Shown in pieces: positions 1 through 11,143 of a stretch of DNA of 64,000 nt. The notes beneath the pieces were generated by a model. That model made no database searches. It saw nothing but the letters and a program-made list of their open reading frames with translations, and was not told the origin of the DNA. The stretch spans positions 868,001 through 932,000 of the forward strand of contig JBLDXI010000055.1 in assembly GCA_047495785.1 (NCBI GenBank), given 5' to 3'. The position numbers were made by a program, and so were the translations under genes. Numbering within the stretch: the stretch's first letter is position 1; every line of letters begins with the position of its first letter. Origin of the DNA: Lepidodermella squamata. Its lineage: Eukaryota; Animalia; Gastrotricha.

Positions 1-905
1 CCAAAGATTCTACATCAAACATGGAAAATCCGCGACGAATTACCGCCAAAATACGATAGATATCGTGCCATTTGGCTCGAATTTCATCCTGAAGGCGAAT
101 GGACCCATCATTTATGGACTGATGAGGAAAATCGCGAGTTGATAAAAAGGTATTGGAGTTTAATTCAATTAATAGTTTTTTGATGATATTTTTTATTTAG
201 ACATTACTCATGGATCCTCGGGGTCTACGATGCCATGCCTGTAGGGGTGATGCGTTCAGATATCATTCGATACGCATTGATGCATCGCTACGGTGGTGTT
301 TACGCTGACCTTGACATGGAACCCTTACGTCCTATCGACAGCTTGATCGAAAACGCAGTCACGCCAGTCACACTAGCTTACATGGCGAAGGCTTCAGAAT
401 TGATGGAACAAGAACTAGAGCACAATCTTCCGGCTTGTTTCCTGATTTCAGCTCCTGGTCACACTCTATGGATATCGACGCTTGTCCTTAGCATGCAAGC
501 ATTCAAGGTGCTTCCGATAAAATCGAGACCTGAATACGTCACAGGTGCTTTGAATGTTTTTCCCATCATTTTTTACGTGAATTTTTCTTAGGGCCTGCTG
601 TGTTTCACCAAGCAATAACGCATTATTTAAAGCAAATTTCGGAGTTGAGGAAAACAGAGCCAGATGGCGATTTAGCAAATAATTCACCGCGCATCTTCGA
701 TATTTCTTTCATTGAAGCTGGGCTGATATATCCATACCATTGGCGGTACTTCGATCAAGAAATTGGCCAACTTTGCGGCGGAACTTCGCCACGTCAGAAT
801 GAAACAGCCTGCAAGGCTCATTTTCCGGACGCTTTGACTATTCAATATTCAGGTTACTCGTGGAAAAATGAATGGGAAACATTTATGAAAAGCGAAATAA
901 ACTGA
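1..905 (+). CDS. GT32-family (DXD sugar-binding, Och1/Sur1-like) glycosyltransferase, 5'-partial; exons <1-149, 201-544, 592-905
   Basis: PKILHQTW, LWTDEENRELI, RSDIIRYALMHRYGGVYADLD (DxD) and YVTGP (after splicing) motifs. GT-AG introns 150-200 and 545-591 restore one frame. Confidence 0.85.
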
Positions 906-1189
906 GGTGTGGTCCTTATATATCGGTCATTTTTTACTCAGGTATTGATGAAGACATGTGAAAGGATTCCATCGGTAACTCGGCAGTTGAAAATCCCGTT
1001 TCATCTCGGTATGAATTTCCAGAAACGCAGCCAAATTAGGAATACTTTTTTCTCTCGGCACGAGATAAATTCATCAATCGATTTTTATAGAGCACGCGTT
1101 TATCTATTTTAATTGACCGGCTCACGTTGCTCTTAAAATGATTCTTGAAAACCTGAATTTCGTGAAACCAACAGTTTTCGACTTTGAAA

Positions 1190-2509
1190 ATGGTAGCTAA
1201 CGCCATCAAACTGATGCTCACCCTTCGGAAGCCACGTTTTTCTGGCTTCAATTTCAACGCTTTTTACCTTATTGCTCTGCTATGCTGTGCCGTGTTGCTG
1301 ATTCTGAATTCGATTCCGATCCTAGGGCCGAACACCAAACGGTGCCTGGTATATTTCCCCCTTATTTTAGAGTAATATTTTAGAGGTATTTTCCTTTTTG
1401 TAGATTGATGATAAAACAGCACAGCAAATTCAGTTGAGAAAAACGCTGGTTCGGGAATTTTGCAATCGGTCAATTGACAGCTTTGGAGACCATCCGCCGC
1501 ACAAATCCGTCGATTGGACGCATTTCGAAAAATTCCGCCACCTCGGATTCAAAGCCTAGTAATTTATTTGTCCATTTCTCTCGATTTTTGTATTCAATTT
1601 ATTTATTCCAGTGACCATTTGATTTGGTGGAACGATCTCTACGTCAATGAGCAGTACAAAATGATATTTTGCGCGTAAGCTAGATTTCAAAATGCAATTT
1701 TGGGAAAATTATCCAACATTTTAGGGCGCCGAAAAATGGCAATACCAACGTTCGCCACTACATCATGCACATGAGCCAGCATCCGGACATCGACACTTAC
1801 GAGTATAACCGGACTGAAATGATGAAGGTTCACGTCAAAGGTTACAAATCGCCCTATTTACGCCGACTTTCCGAGTATAACACCGAGGAGGCTCAGGCTA
1901 TTTTTGCTAATTATTCGAAATTTGCCTTCGTTCGCGAACCAGTCGATCGAATGCTGTCAGCTTGGCATGAAAAGTTTTCGACAGTCGAGTCAGATGGCAT
2001 CGGAGCGGAACATTACAAAGTAAAATTGATAGATTATTGTTATTATATTAGGAAATTTAAAAAATATTTTTTAGATTGTTGGGGGCGATATAATTTCAAG
2101 ATTTAGACCTAACGCAACCCAACAAGAGATCGATCAAGGCTTACCGGTTAGCCTGAGTGAATTTCTCAGGTTTCTCAACGAATGGGACAATACTCGAGAC
2201 CTTGAAATGCACTGGCGGCCGCAACTTCACGTATGCCATTTCTGCGCCATCGATTACGATTTCATCGGGCTGTTCGAACATTTCAACTGCGAATTGGAAC
2301 ACTTTGCACGCCGCATTAGTGGTCGTGAAAAGGTTCCGCGTGTCCCTACGCCTAGTCACAAATCCAACAGCAAGACAACTATCGATCATAACAGGGGCTA
2401 CCTCAAGTCATTGGGCGCGGCTGACTTGGATCTGTTGCAGCGGGTTATTGAGAAACATTACTCGAATGATTACATGATGTTCCCATATGAAAGGCCGGCT
2501 TTCTTTTAA
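1190..2509 (+). CDS. Golgi carbohydrate sulfotransferase (Sulfotransfer_2, CHST11/HNK-1ST-like), 5 exons
   Basis: N-terminal TM segment; 5'-PSB CAAPKNGNT, 3'-PB KFAFVREPVDRMLSAW, and HWRPQ..C..C..DYDFIG motifs. Introns 1349-1403, 1559-1611, 1675-1724, 2020-2074. The start could instead be the ATG at 1214. Confidence 0.88.
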
Positions 2510-2607
2510 TTTTTTGACTAATAAAATATGCGCTCAATTTATTTTATTCCATCAAATGAAATAATAATCAAAGAATATGAAAATTTTCAGTCCTAATATA
2601 GGAGAAA

Positions 2608-5009
2608 TCACCAGGTTTGAGGGCATGATGTTGGATAAGCTACACCGGGAACAGCACAGGCGATTTTCTCGACGATCCACTTTTGATATTTGCTCAAATC
2701 AGAGAACCATCTCGGCTGTGAAGGATCACAAGTCGTATCGAGGTTGTAGAAAACGCCAACCTGAAGAATTAGGTCACCTTAAAAAGCTCATCTTAATTTG
2801 CCTATTATTTTACCTGAACAAGTCTAGCGGATCGAAAATCCTGTGAATTTAGGCTGGCTGGGGCTAGAAGTGGGGAGCCTTCGTCCTCGTTGCAAGGGAC
2901 TGTTTCATTGGGGGCTAGACTTCGGAAACAAATGTCAACATCCCCTCCACATTGCAGACCAGGGATATAGCGCGGCAGTGTCCGGCTGCTCAGAGCTGGC
3001 CGACCGTCGAGGCCCCATCCAAACACGAAATTTTCAGCATTTTGCGTGATTTGCTCGAAATGGCATGCGTCATTGACGTAAATATTCGTTAAATCTATCG
3101 GATTTGTCAACTGAATCAGCACGATATCACGTGTTGAAGTCGCTCCACCATCGCCATTTGAGAAGATCAATTTTTCCACGGAATGCTGCCTTTCAAACGA
3201 CTCTTTCACGGCCAAATCATGCTCGCCGACTACAACAGAGTAGGCTGATGGCTTTTTCGACTCCTGGAAGCAATAGGCCGATGAAATTAGCCAAAATTCG
3301 TCGATAATCGTGGCTGAGCATGTGTGTCGCGAGCCCAAGCGAAGAGAGGCTACGTAAGGAAATTGGCCCGCCTTAGCAATAGAAGGCTCTCCTTGCTGCG
3401 AAATCGTCGGAATAACAGGAAGAGGGACTCTTGGAGATCCGCAGGAGGGTGACTCTAAAATCGAACGGCATGCATCAAACAGCTGCTTCACTTCATCGCG
3501 ATTCAAAGCTGCTGAGTAAACTGATAAGCAGGAAACTGCATCAGTTGGTCGCAAACCCTTCTGCCAACTCGAACCCCAGCCAAAACGAATGCCAAGATTC
3601 GAATGTTGTCGTGACTGCTCGATTTGAGGGTGGTAAGTAGCCGGAACAACAACGCCGTGTCTGCCGAAGATCGTTAGAATTTCCTGATCGCCATCATAGA
3701 CCAATGAGACGAAGGTCGAAGCTCCTTTTTGCTGGAACATTGCGTAACTTCCAATAGTTTGCCCATTTGCTCGAATTTCAAGCGTGGAATCATCAGCAAA
3801 CCCAACTTGGAACGCCTTATTATCGTTGCCGTACCCATCGGCAAATTCGAAAATTCCACCCGAATCATCAGATGGTTGTCCCCGGCGGGAAATGAAAAAG
3901 CTGACAGTGAATGATTCCGGCATTTTCAAGTTTGAAGCTGCCATTAGTATGGTTCCAGCTTGTTGGTTCGTTACTGCGGTTTCTGACACTCCGAATGAAC
4001 CGTAGGTAAATATTGGCGATAGGGTACCCACTATGCCGTGATTCTTATAATCGCTGAGATCGTTGAACTTATGATAATAGCTCAGAGGCCAAAGTCCGGC
4101 TAGGTCACGTGGCCTTGGCCAAGGTTCAATAGGTTTAGTGGTTGTTCCTTGCGTTGTAGTAGTGGTCTTCGGGGTTGTAGTAGTTGTGGTAGAAACTGTA
4201 GTCGTTGTAGTTGGCTTTTTCGTTGAAGTCGTTGTTGTTGTAGTTGTAGTTGAAGATGTCGAGTTGGTTGTAGGTTCAGGACCTCTCGTGGTACCCTGGC
4301 CCTTGGTCTCGCAAACATAAGGCAATTGACTGATTTCCCAGCCGGTTAGGGCTGTCTTGTAATACATCAAACAAGCAATCGCATCGCTGCTTTTCATGTA
4401 ACTGGCCGTTCCATTTCGATCACCCAACCCCACGTTAAAATTAGCTGTACCATACGTGCTCAGTATCGGCTGGCCAGAAATAGACCCGACAATATCGCCA
4501 TTCTCGTTGAATATCTCAAATTTGTCATTATATGACTCATAGACGACTGAGATGAAATTCCAACTGTTCGCCTTCAAAATAGGGAATCGGGCGACTGATG
4601 TAGGTCTGCCCGACGTCCCCCAAATTTCAAGGTAGTTCGGCTCCAAGTAGCCCAAACTGAACTTTTTAGACTGAAACAACAGCATCGCCCCACTACCCCT
4701 CATACGAGTGTAGTAGTAGAATGAAACAGTGAAATCAATATCCAGATAAATTGGGTAGTACTTAGCTAACCAATTGCCGTCCCAAACAACACTCATCGCA
4801 GTTTTGGGTTGCCCGAATGGTCCGTCAATGTCCTCCATTAATTGGGCAGAGCTGCTTGAAAACGGGTAGATATTGTAGGCAATGTCTGTCAGCCACGATG
4901 TGGCGTCAAATGGCCAAAAGCCGACGAGTTTCGATGGTTTGGGCCATGATTGCTGAGTATTCACAGCTACTGCAAAGCAAATCAACAGAACAAAAAGGTC
5001 TGATCTCAT
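2608..5009 (-). CDS. Secreted protein: two LamG/ConA-like (pentraxin-like) domains, Thr-rich linker, C-terminal non-catalytic trypsin-like domain
   Basis: Signal peptide MRSDLFVLLICFAVAVNT; two repeats starting WP.P..L.G.WP and ending DA..CL..Y..AL...E..QL...C; trypsin features GQFPYVASL, HTCSATII, VGEHD, DIVLIQL. Intron 2761-2813 adds the last exon (VGVFY...KYQKWI). Confidence 0.8.
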
Positions 5010-6054
5010 TTTTTGCAGCAATTAAAATGTGCTAATTTATGACAGTTCAACTAGTATAAGTAAGTGCATTCAGCTTTTATCAGCTTAGATAACGCAGGAA
5101 TCATGCTGATTGCGTAGGATTTTAATCACGCCTTAAAGTGGAACAAAGAAACCTTTGTTTTTTCTTTTTTTGTTCTCAATTTGTATGCTTTATGCTTCAT
5201 ATTAAAGCAAGTATTTTTGCATCCTATCCACAGTTGAAAGAATCAAGTTTAAAGCTACCGTCAGTTACGAACGAAATTTCGAAAATGAACTATTATTTTA
5301 GGTAATATTGCAGACCACAAATATGGCGATTTCAGCCGTTTCGTTGCAAACTGCTTTCATTCTTAGAACCAAACTAGGTCAGGCAATAGTATTTTGGGTT
5401 AAAATGGACCATTTAGGAAAAATTATTGTCATTTAGGCGACCTTAAGGCTTCGAGTTGTTAGTTCATGGCGACGCTTGAAATATCATTGGATAGGCTGTC
5501 AAACATTCGATTGAATAAAAAATAAATCTCATCGATTTTTCCAGACAGAATAGTACGTGGGATGCAGAATTGAACAGATGCGCTGTCGGATGTATCTCTT
5601 GGCGGTTCAAAGTTCAGAAAATTCAATCTCGAACTAAAACAACAGCGAGACTCTGCTTTGATCACCGTGTTATTCATAACGCAGGGGCGTTTCAAGAATT
5701 TGATATTGTCTGTTGACAGTCCGGTTGAATGTTGAAACTAGCATTCAAGCCTTATTTGGTGTATAATTTCATGCTAACAGGAAACCATGCCAAGGTAAAA
5801 TTCGAAAAAAGCCGGAAATTTACACTCTCTTAAAAGCGGAATTTCGCTTACTTGGCAGTGTTAGACCTATTTATTGGCCACGACTAAGTGTTTTTTTCAT
5901 GCGAGCCACTTCCCGTCACGGAATATAAGGCATGAATAAGATCAAAGGCTTACTTATAGGAAAAGATGTTATATATCACTCAGTCAGTGCACGAAATTTT
6001 TCTACGTCCTGCTATTCCCTGAACTTCGCGTTCGTTACTATAATTCGATCTTCG

Positions 6055-6338
6055 ATGCTCACTAAACTAGCTACCTTATCGATAGCAGTACTTTCAATAA
6101 GCACCGCCATTCAACCAATATGGGCTAGAAGAAAACCATACGAGCTGCGAATGCTCAATTTGAGAATATCTCCGCCAACAGGCAGTTGCGCCTCGGTTCA
6201 AGAAATGGTTCTCGCAATGGTAAATGACCGTAATGACATTTTGCCCGATTACCACGTCACCCTGGTCAACGAAAACGAAGGCGGAAACAGCGTATTCGCT
6301 GCACGGCTGATGGTCGAGTTCGACCGCAGTTTTGCGGA
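6055..6338 (+). pseudogene. 5' part (signal peptide + start of Venus flytrap domain) of class C GPCR-like gene, interrupted by LINE
   Basis: RKPYELRMLNLR...VNDRNDILPDYHVTL...VEFDR matches the N-terminus of the intact paralogue at 21012-23417; homology stops at the LINE 5' end. Confidence 0.85.
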
Positions 6339-6527
6339 CATTCAATCTATTTTTTCCTCTTTTCAACTTAACTTTTATTCTTTTCTAACACTATTCAATA
6401 AAATAACATACTGGCACTAAGCCAACTAAATTAACATAGCATTACCTGCTACTCCCAAACAGTTTCTAAACCTAGGAAGCCGGGCCTAACCTAGCTTCTT
6501 CCCCCCTATTTTATTCTAGAAGCCCTG

Positions 6528-8051
6528 ATGAGTCATTTCGAAGGCTCACAGGAAGCGGATGGTTGGGATTTCCCGAACCAGACTTTCATGGATCAGTCTG
6601 TGGAAGAAGCCAGGACGCAATCTTCACCGATTTTCACCAGAACAGGTGCGACGGGTTCGACAGCGCCGCCCGAGACTGGTTCGAAGACCCGCGGTGGCGT
6701 GAAGAGAGCAGGCGCTCAGAATGCTGGACCGACGAACTCGCCGCCCGCAATGAAGGCCGATTCGAGGCGGGAAGAGAGGCAGCGAGCCATTGAGCGAGCC
6801 ACCATTGTGTTAGACGACGCCGATCCTTCTTATAAGGACGATGAAAGTGTTGAATTAGAGCTTAAGCGAGCTGGAAAAGGTTTGCTGAGAATTCTAAAAA
6901 TCAAATTTCTGGGCAAAGGTGGCATACGGGTAACTTTTATCACGCCGGAAATGGCCGAGATGGCGATGAAACGCGACGGCTGGCCGAAAGACGCATTTGG
7001 AGGAAAAGTCCGAGTTCACAGGTCAGGGCTCTTCTACAAGCTCTTTCCTGAGCTAGGACCGCCGCCGGTTGACGCGCAGCAGGTATCTACAAACCCGCAA
7101 CAGCGAGCAATAGCCGAAGGAAGAGCAGTTTTCTGCCACAACTTTCCGCAATCCATCACCGCCGAGCAAATCAAGCTACATTGGGCCGAACACGTGGAGG
7201 AAGTTACCGTAATTAGAAAAGACCAGAGATTGACTGTAATGTGCTTCATGAAGACGACGGAATTAGCTGCAAAAATAGTCAGTGGAGGCGGCCTGGATTG
7301 GAAGGGCATTCGAGCCATCGTTGGGAATGAAGTCAAGCTAAAGCTCAACCCTGATCGCTGCAGCAACTGCCAAAGCTTTGATCACACAACAACTGCTTGC
7401 AACGCGGAAACAAAGTGTGGCTGGTGTGCTGAGGATCATTTTACCGCCAAATGCCCAAATCGAAACAAGCTTGAGACCCGACACTGTGCTAACTGTGACG
7501 AACCACATGCGGCTGGTTACCACGGCTGCAAGCACGTCAAAGCAGCTTGGTCAAAAATGGCCAACAAAACTCGTACCGCTATTCACAACATTCTAGGAGA
7601 AGCTTCTCAATCGACTATCGAAGGTCCCAAGAAGCTGCGAGCTGCCCCGCCGCCAACGAGCAACGTCTGGCTCACATTGCAGCATCAGCAGTTGGCCTCT
7701 TCTGCACCAAAACCGCCGCCCGGAGCGAAGCCGCCGCTAGCTGCGGCGTCGCTTACCGATGATCAGTTCCAAGAGCTGATAGACCGCTTGGTGCCGAAAA
7801 TTGTCGAGCGAGTCCAAACACAGCTGGCCGACCAAATTCACGCGCTTGTCGAGGCGCAAAACGCGCAAATACGCCAACTCAACGAACGGTTTGATAGGTT
7901 TTTCGCTCAATTGTCTGTTAAGTTTGAAGAGCGAAATACGCTCTTGAACGGCGACTACTTTGTCGACGTCGCCAACAAGCAGAGCTCAGGGGTAGGTCAT
8001 ACAGCCGCTGAAAGCAACCAGGGTATGCGACTTTCTACCTCTAAAACATGA
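6528..8051 (+). CDS. LINE ORF1 (gag-like; RRM-like region plus three CCHC zinc knuckles, coiled C-terminus)
   Basis: CSNCQSFDHTTTAC, CGWCAEDHFTAKC, CANCDEPHAAGYHGC; its stop overlaps the ORF2 start (ATGA 8048-8051). Confidence 0.9.
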   Translation: MSHFEGSQEADGWDFPNQTFMDQSVEEARTQSSPIFTRTGATGSTAPPETGSKTRGGVKRAGAQNAGPTNSPPAMKADSRREERQRAIERATIVLDDADPSYKDDESVELELKRAGKGLLRILKIKFLGKGGIRVTFITPEMAEMAMKRDGWPKDAFGGKVRVHRSGLFYKLFPELGPPPVDAQQVSTNPQQRAIAEGRAVFCHNFPQSITAEQIKLHWAEHVEEVTVIRKDQRLTVMCFMKTTELAAKIVSGGGLDWKGIRAIVGNEVKLKLNPDRCSNCQSFDHTTTACNAETKCGWCAEDHFTAKCPNRNKLETRHCANCDEPHAAGYHGCKHVKAAWSKMANKTRTAIHNILGEASQSTIEGPKKLRAAPPPTSNVWLTLQHQQLASSAPKPPPGAKPPLAAASLTDDQFQELIDRLVPKIVERVQTQLADQIHALVEAQNAQIRQLNERFDRFFAQLSVKFEERNTLLNGDYFVDVANKQSSGVGHTAAESNQGMRLSTSKT

Positions 8052-10954
8052 CCATTATAGGGCAGTGGAACAGCGGGCATGGTCAGATTTTCAACCGATT
8101 AGCTGAACTCATCTTTATGATTCAAACATTATTTCTCGATATTGTATTAATTAACGAAATTTGGCTAGATAACAACCAAATTCTAGAAATTCCAGGTTTT
8201 ACAGTGTTTCAGGTCGTCAGAGAAAGCCGCTCATCTAATGATGCCAATTACGGAGGCGTCGCAATAGCTGTTAAAAATAACATTAGGATAATTGATCAAT
8301 TCTCTTACCGAACTCAGTACAGCGAGTGGTGCGCCGTTAGGGTAGCTGGCAAAAATGGCAAGACACTGTTAGTATCAACAGGCTACTGCTCACCGAAAGA
8401 GAAGCTTGACACGTCCTTTCTCCAATTGTGTCTGGGCGGAGTTACGGATGCCAATGAGCCCTGTCTCTTTGCAGGCGACCTAAATTGCTGGCACCCTCTG
8501 CTTTCGGCCCCGGACGACCGGGAAAATCCCTCGGGCACCCGGTTAATCGAATGGTTGGCTTGTGAGGGTCACACTCTCATCAGCTCGGGCGAGCCAACTC
8601 ATTTCTCACATACAGGTCGAGGTCGCCAAATCGACATTTGGCTCGCAAATCAAGCCGCTCTTCCGATGGTCGTGGACGCACCGGCGGTCGAAGACAAATT
8701 TGGTAGCGACCATTGCTGCACTCGATTAAATGTGAAATTTTCTAGCTCACCCGACATTCCACGCCCTACCACCTCCGAACCTCGGTTTAACTACTATAAA
8801 GCGAGCTGGACACAATTTGAAGCTCGGCTCAAATTCTACCTCGAGATTCTTGCCGCACCGCTGAAACCGAAACCGGGCGACCCTGTCAGCTCTTTGGACG
8901 ACTATGTCAATGCGATTTTGGACTCCCTGACAAGGGCAGCTAAGGAGACGATTCCCATGTGCACCGAGGCGACACTGCCGTCGTGGAAACTAACTCCAGA
9001 GATTGCAGGCAAGCTGGAACAGCGGAATAGGCTACAGAGGCTTCGAGATCACGCAGCGAATTCGGCCGACAGAGAACTGCTCAAAGCCGAAATCAATACG
9101 CTGAGCAATATCATCAGGCGCCTAGTGCTGAATCAAAAAATCGCCGAGTGCGAAAAATTTCTCAGGAAAATTGCGAAGCTTTTTAATGAAAGTAAAAGCA
9201 GGTCAGCATGGCAGGCCGTCAATTCGAAGCTGTCACGTCGACGCCGCCAGAGGAAAATTGCCACTCTTCGCAATGCACAAGGTACGAATATTTTAGAAGA
9301 CAGGGGTAAGGCCGAGCTCTTAGCGGAAACGTTCGGCAAAGTCGCCGAAGGACCGCCTGTCACTTCAAACAAGGCAGAAGATGTTAAATTCTGGCAGCAG
9401 GTCAGCTCTGAGGTGGCGAACGACGACAGCCTGAAGCCGCTCGAGACGATACCGACGGACCAGTCAGTTGATGTGCCCAAATGGGCGGTGCGTCAAATGC
9501 TCAAAGGTTTGAAGTGGAAGGCCCCTGGGCATGATAACGTTTCAAACGTGCTTCTAAAGCGCGGGGGCTCGCCTCTGGTTAAACACCTGCGATGTCTCTA
9601 TAAGTTGAGTTTGAACAGCGGCTACGTACCGTTAGTTTGGAAAATTGCTATTATTGTACCTATTTTGAAAGAAGGGAAAGATTCGCGTCTCCCAGAGTCA
9701 TATAGGCCCGTGTCGCTCCTGCCAACGCTGGCCAAAGGTTTGGAAATTATTGTTGCTAAATTTCTATACTATTTTATCGAAAAACACAAACTTCTGCCTG
9801 CCCACCAATTCGGTTTTCGCTCACTTAGGTCCACCATCGATGCAATTTTCCTTTTCATCAGTGATATTGGTATAGCCCTGTCTAAAAAATATAAATTAGT
9901 TGCTCTTCTGTTGGATTTCAAAGCCGCTTTCGACTGCATCTGGCACGATGGTCTTAGGTACAAACTAAAACAGTCTGGTGTTCCTACTTCAATTGTTAGA
10001 TGGATTTCCGACTTCTTAAAAGACAGGTCATTCCGGGTAAGAGTAGGATCCGAACTCAGCGATAGTAAAAATATTTTTTGCGGCGTACCACAGGGGTCGC
10101 CTTTGTCTCCTCTACTTTTTATTTTTTACGCGGCAGAAATGCAGCCAAAGTCTTTCGCCCCGGACGACGGCATGCGCCGAGTTGGGAAGGCGACCTTCGC
10201 CGACGACGCGATTAATTGGGCATACGGGAAAGACTACGCCTCATGTGTCAAGCGGCTCCAGCGACGCCTCACGGCGACTGAAAAATGGTGCAATCGTTGG
10301 CGCTTGAAACTTAACCCTTGCAAATGTGAGGCGATGATCTTTGGACATTACGGTGGAACACCGCCAACTGTGCTACTTCAGCTCTATGGGCAACCCATTC
10401 CTCAAGTGACTAAGGTGCGATATTTGGGCCTTAACTTAACGCCACAACTGTCGTGGAACTATCATGTTAATTGTATCGCGGCTAAACTTAAGCCCCGCGT
10501 CGGTGCCTTGTATGGCCTGGCGCGGCGCCATGTCCTCGAAAAGCGGCTGTGTTTGTCTTTTTATAGGACGCTTTTAGAATCTGTTATTATTTACGCGGCG
10601 CCCGCGTTTTACTGCCAGCCTCCCTCGACAAAACAGCACCTTCTTGATCTACAGGCCCACGCCCTTCGAGCCCTCCTTGACTTGCCCTATGAGACCGACC
10701 CTATCGACGTCATTGCCTATGCCCGCGTCGAAGCTATTGATGATGTTTTTGAAAACGCCCTTAAGAACTATGGCTCTCGCTCCATGGCATGCGGCCTTGA
10801 GGTGGCTGAATACCTGAAGTTCGTCGCGGAAATACAGCCTGCCAATGAAACAGCGCGACAAGTGCTTGAAAGCAAATGCCCTGCGTGGCACCTTCGAAAC
10901 GCAGTAGCTTCCTCAGCCGCGACAATTGATAGCCGCCAATGGATTTTAATATAA
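8048..10954 (+). CDS. LINE ORF2: APE endonuclease + reverse transcriptase, no RNase H recognised
   Basis: APE motifs QWN, INE, GGVAIAV, AGDLN, PTH, SDH; RT motifs KAPGHD, YRPVSLL, QFGFR, LDFKAAFD, GVPQGSPLSP, FADD, YLG. Confidence 0.95.
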   Translation: MTIIGQWNSGHGQIFNRLAELIFMIQTLFLDIVLINEIWLDNNQILEIPGFTVFQVVRESRSSNDANYGGVAIAVKNNIRIIDQFSYRTQYSEWCAVRVAGKNGKTLLVSTGYCSPKEKLDTSFLQLCLGGVTDANEPCLFAGDLNCWHPLLSAPDDRENPSGTRLIEWLACEGHTLISSGEPTHFSHTGRGRQIDIWLANQAALPMVVDAPAVEDKFGSDHCCTRLNVKFSSSPDIPRPTTSEPRFNYYKASWTQFEARLKFYLEILAAPLKPKPGDPVSSLDDYVNAILDSLTRAAKETIPMCTEATLPSWKLTPEIAGKLEQRNRLQRLRDHAANSADRELLKAEINTLSNIIRRLVLNQKIAECEKFLRKIAKLFNESKSRSAWQAVNSKLSRRRRQRKIATLRNAQGTNILEDRGKAELLAETFGKVAEGPPVTSNKAEDVKFWQQVSSEVANDDSLKPLETIPTDQSVDVPKWAVRQMLKGLKWKAPGHDNVSNVLLKRGGSPLVKHLRCLYKLSLNSGYVPLVWKIAIIVPILKEGKDSRLPESYRPVSLLPTLAKGLEIIVAKFLYYFIEKHKLLPAHQFGFRSLRSTIDAIFLFISDIGIALSKKYKLVALLLDFKAAFDCIWHDGLRYKLKQSGVPTSIVRWISDFLKDRSFRVRVGSELSDSKNIFCGVPQGSPLSPLLFIFYAAEMQPKSFAPDDGMRRVGKATFADDAINWAYGKDYASCVKRLQRRLTATEKWCNRWRLKLNPCKCEAMIFGHYGGTPPTVLLQLYGQPIPQVTKVRYLGLNLTPQLSWNYHVNCIAAKLKPRVGALYGLARRHVLEKRLCLSFYRTLLESVIIYAAPAFYCQPPSTKQHLLDLQAHALRALLDLPYETDPIDVIAYARVEAIDDVFENALKNYGSRSMACGLEVAEYLKFVAEIQPANETARQVLESKCPAWHLRNAVASSAATIDSRQWILI

Positions 10955-11143
10955 CGCTCCAACTACATTGAACGTTTTTACATTGTGAATTCTAATAGAC
11001 AGCTACGAATGGCATGATACCACTTCTACCCTCATTTTAGATATTTTTACACTACATACATGATTGTTTTGATACATTTTACTCGTTATGAGGCTCGAGT
11101 CAACGCGCCGAGAGCGTCTATGACGGATGGTGGTACAAATAAA

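Larger units (their letters stand above)
6339..11143 (+). mobile_element. Apparently full-length non-LTR retrotransposon (LINE, Jockey/I-group-like), ~4.8 kb
   Basis: Starts CATTCAAT (initiator-like), ~190-nt 5' UTR, two intact ORFs, ends ..GGTACAAATAAA. Boundaries are defined by the interrupted GPCR frame. Confidence 0.9.

Noticed and set aside
6329-11143. LINE removed as a spliceosomal intron, leaving the GPCR functional
   Set aside because: The boundaries are not GT...AG and no frame-restoring splice pair was evident; RNA-seq would be needed.
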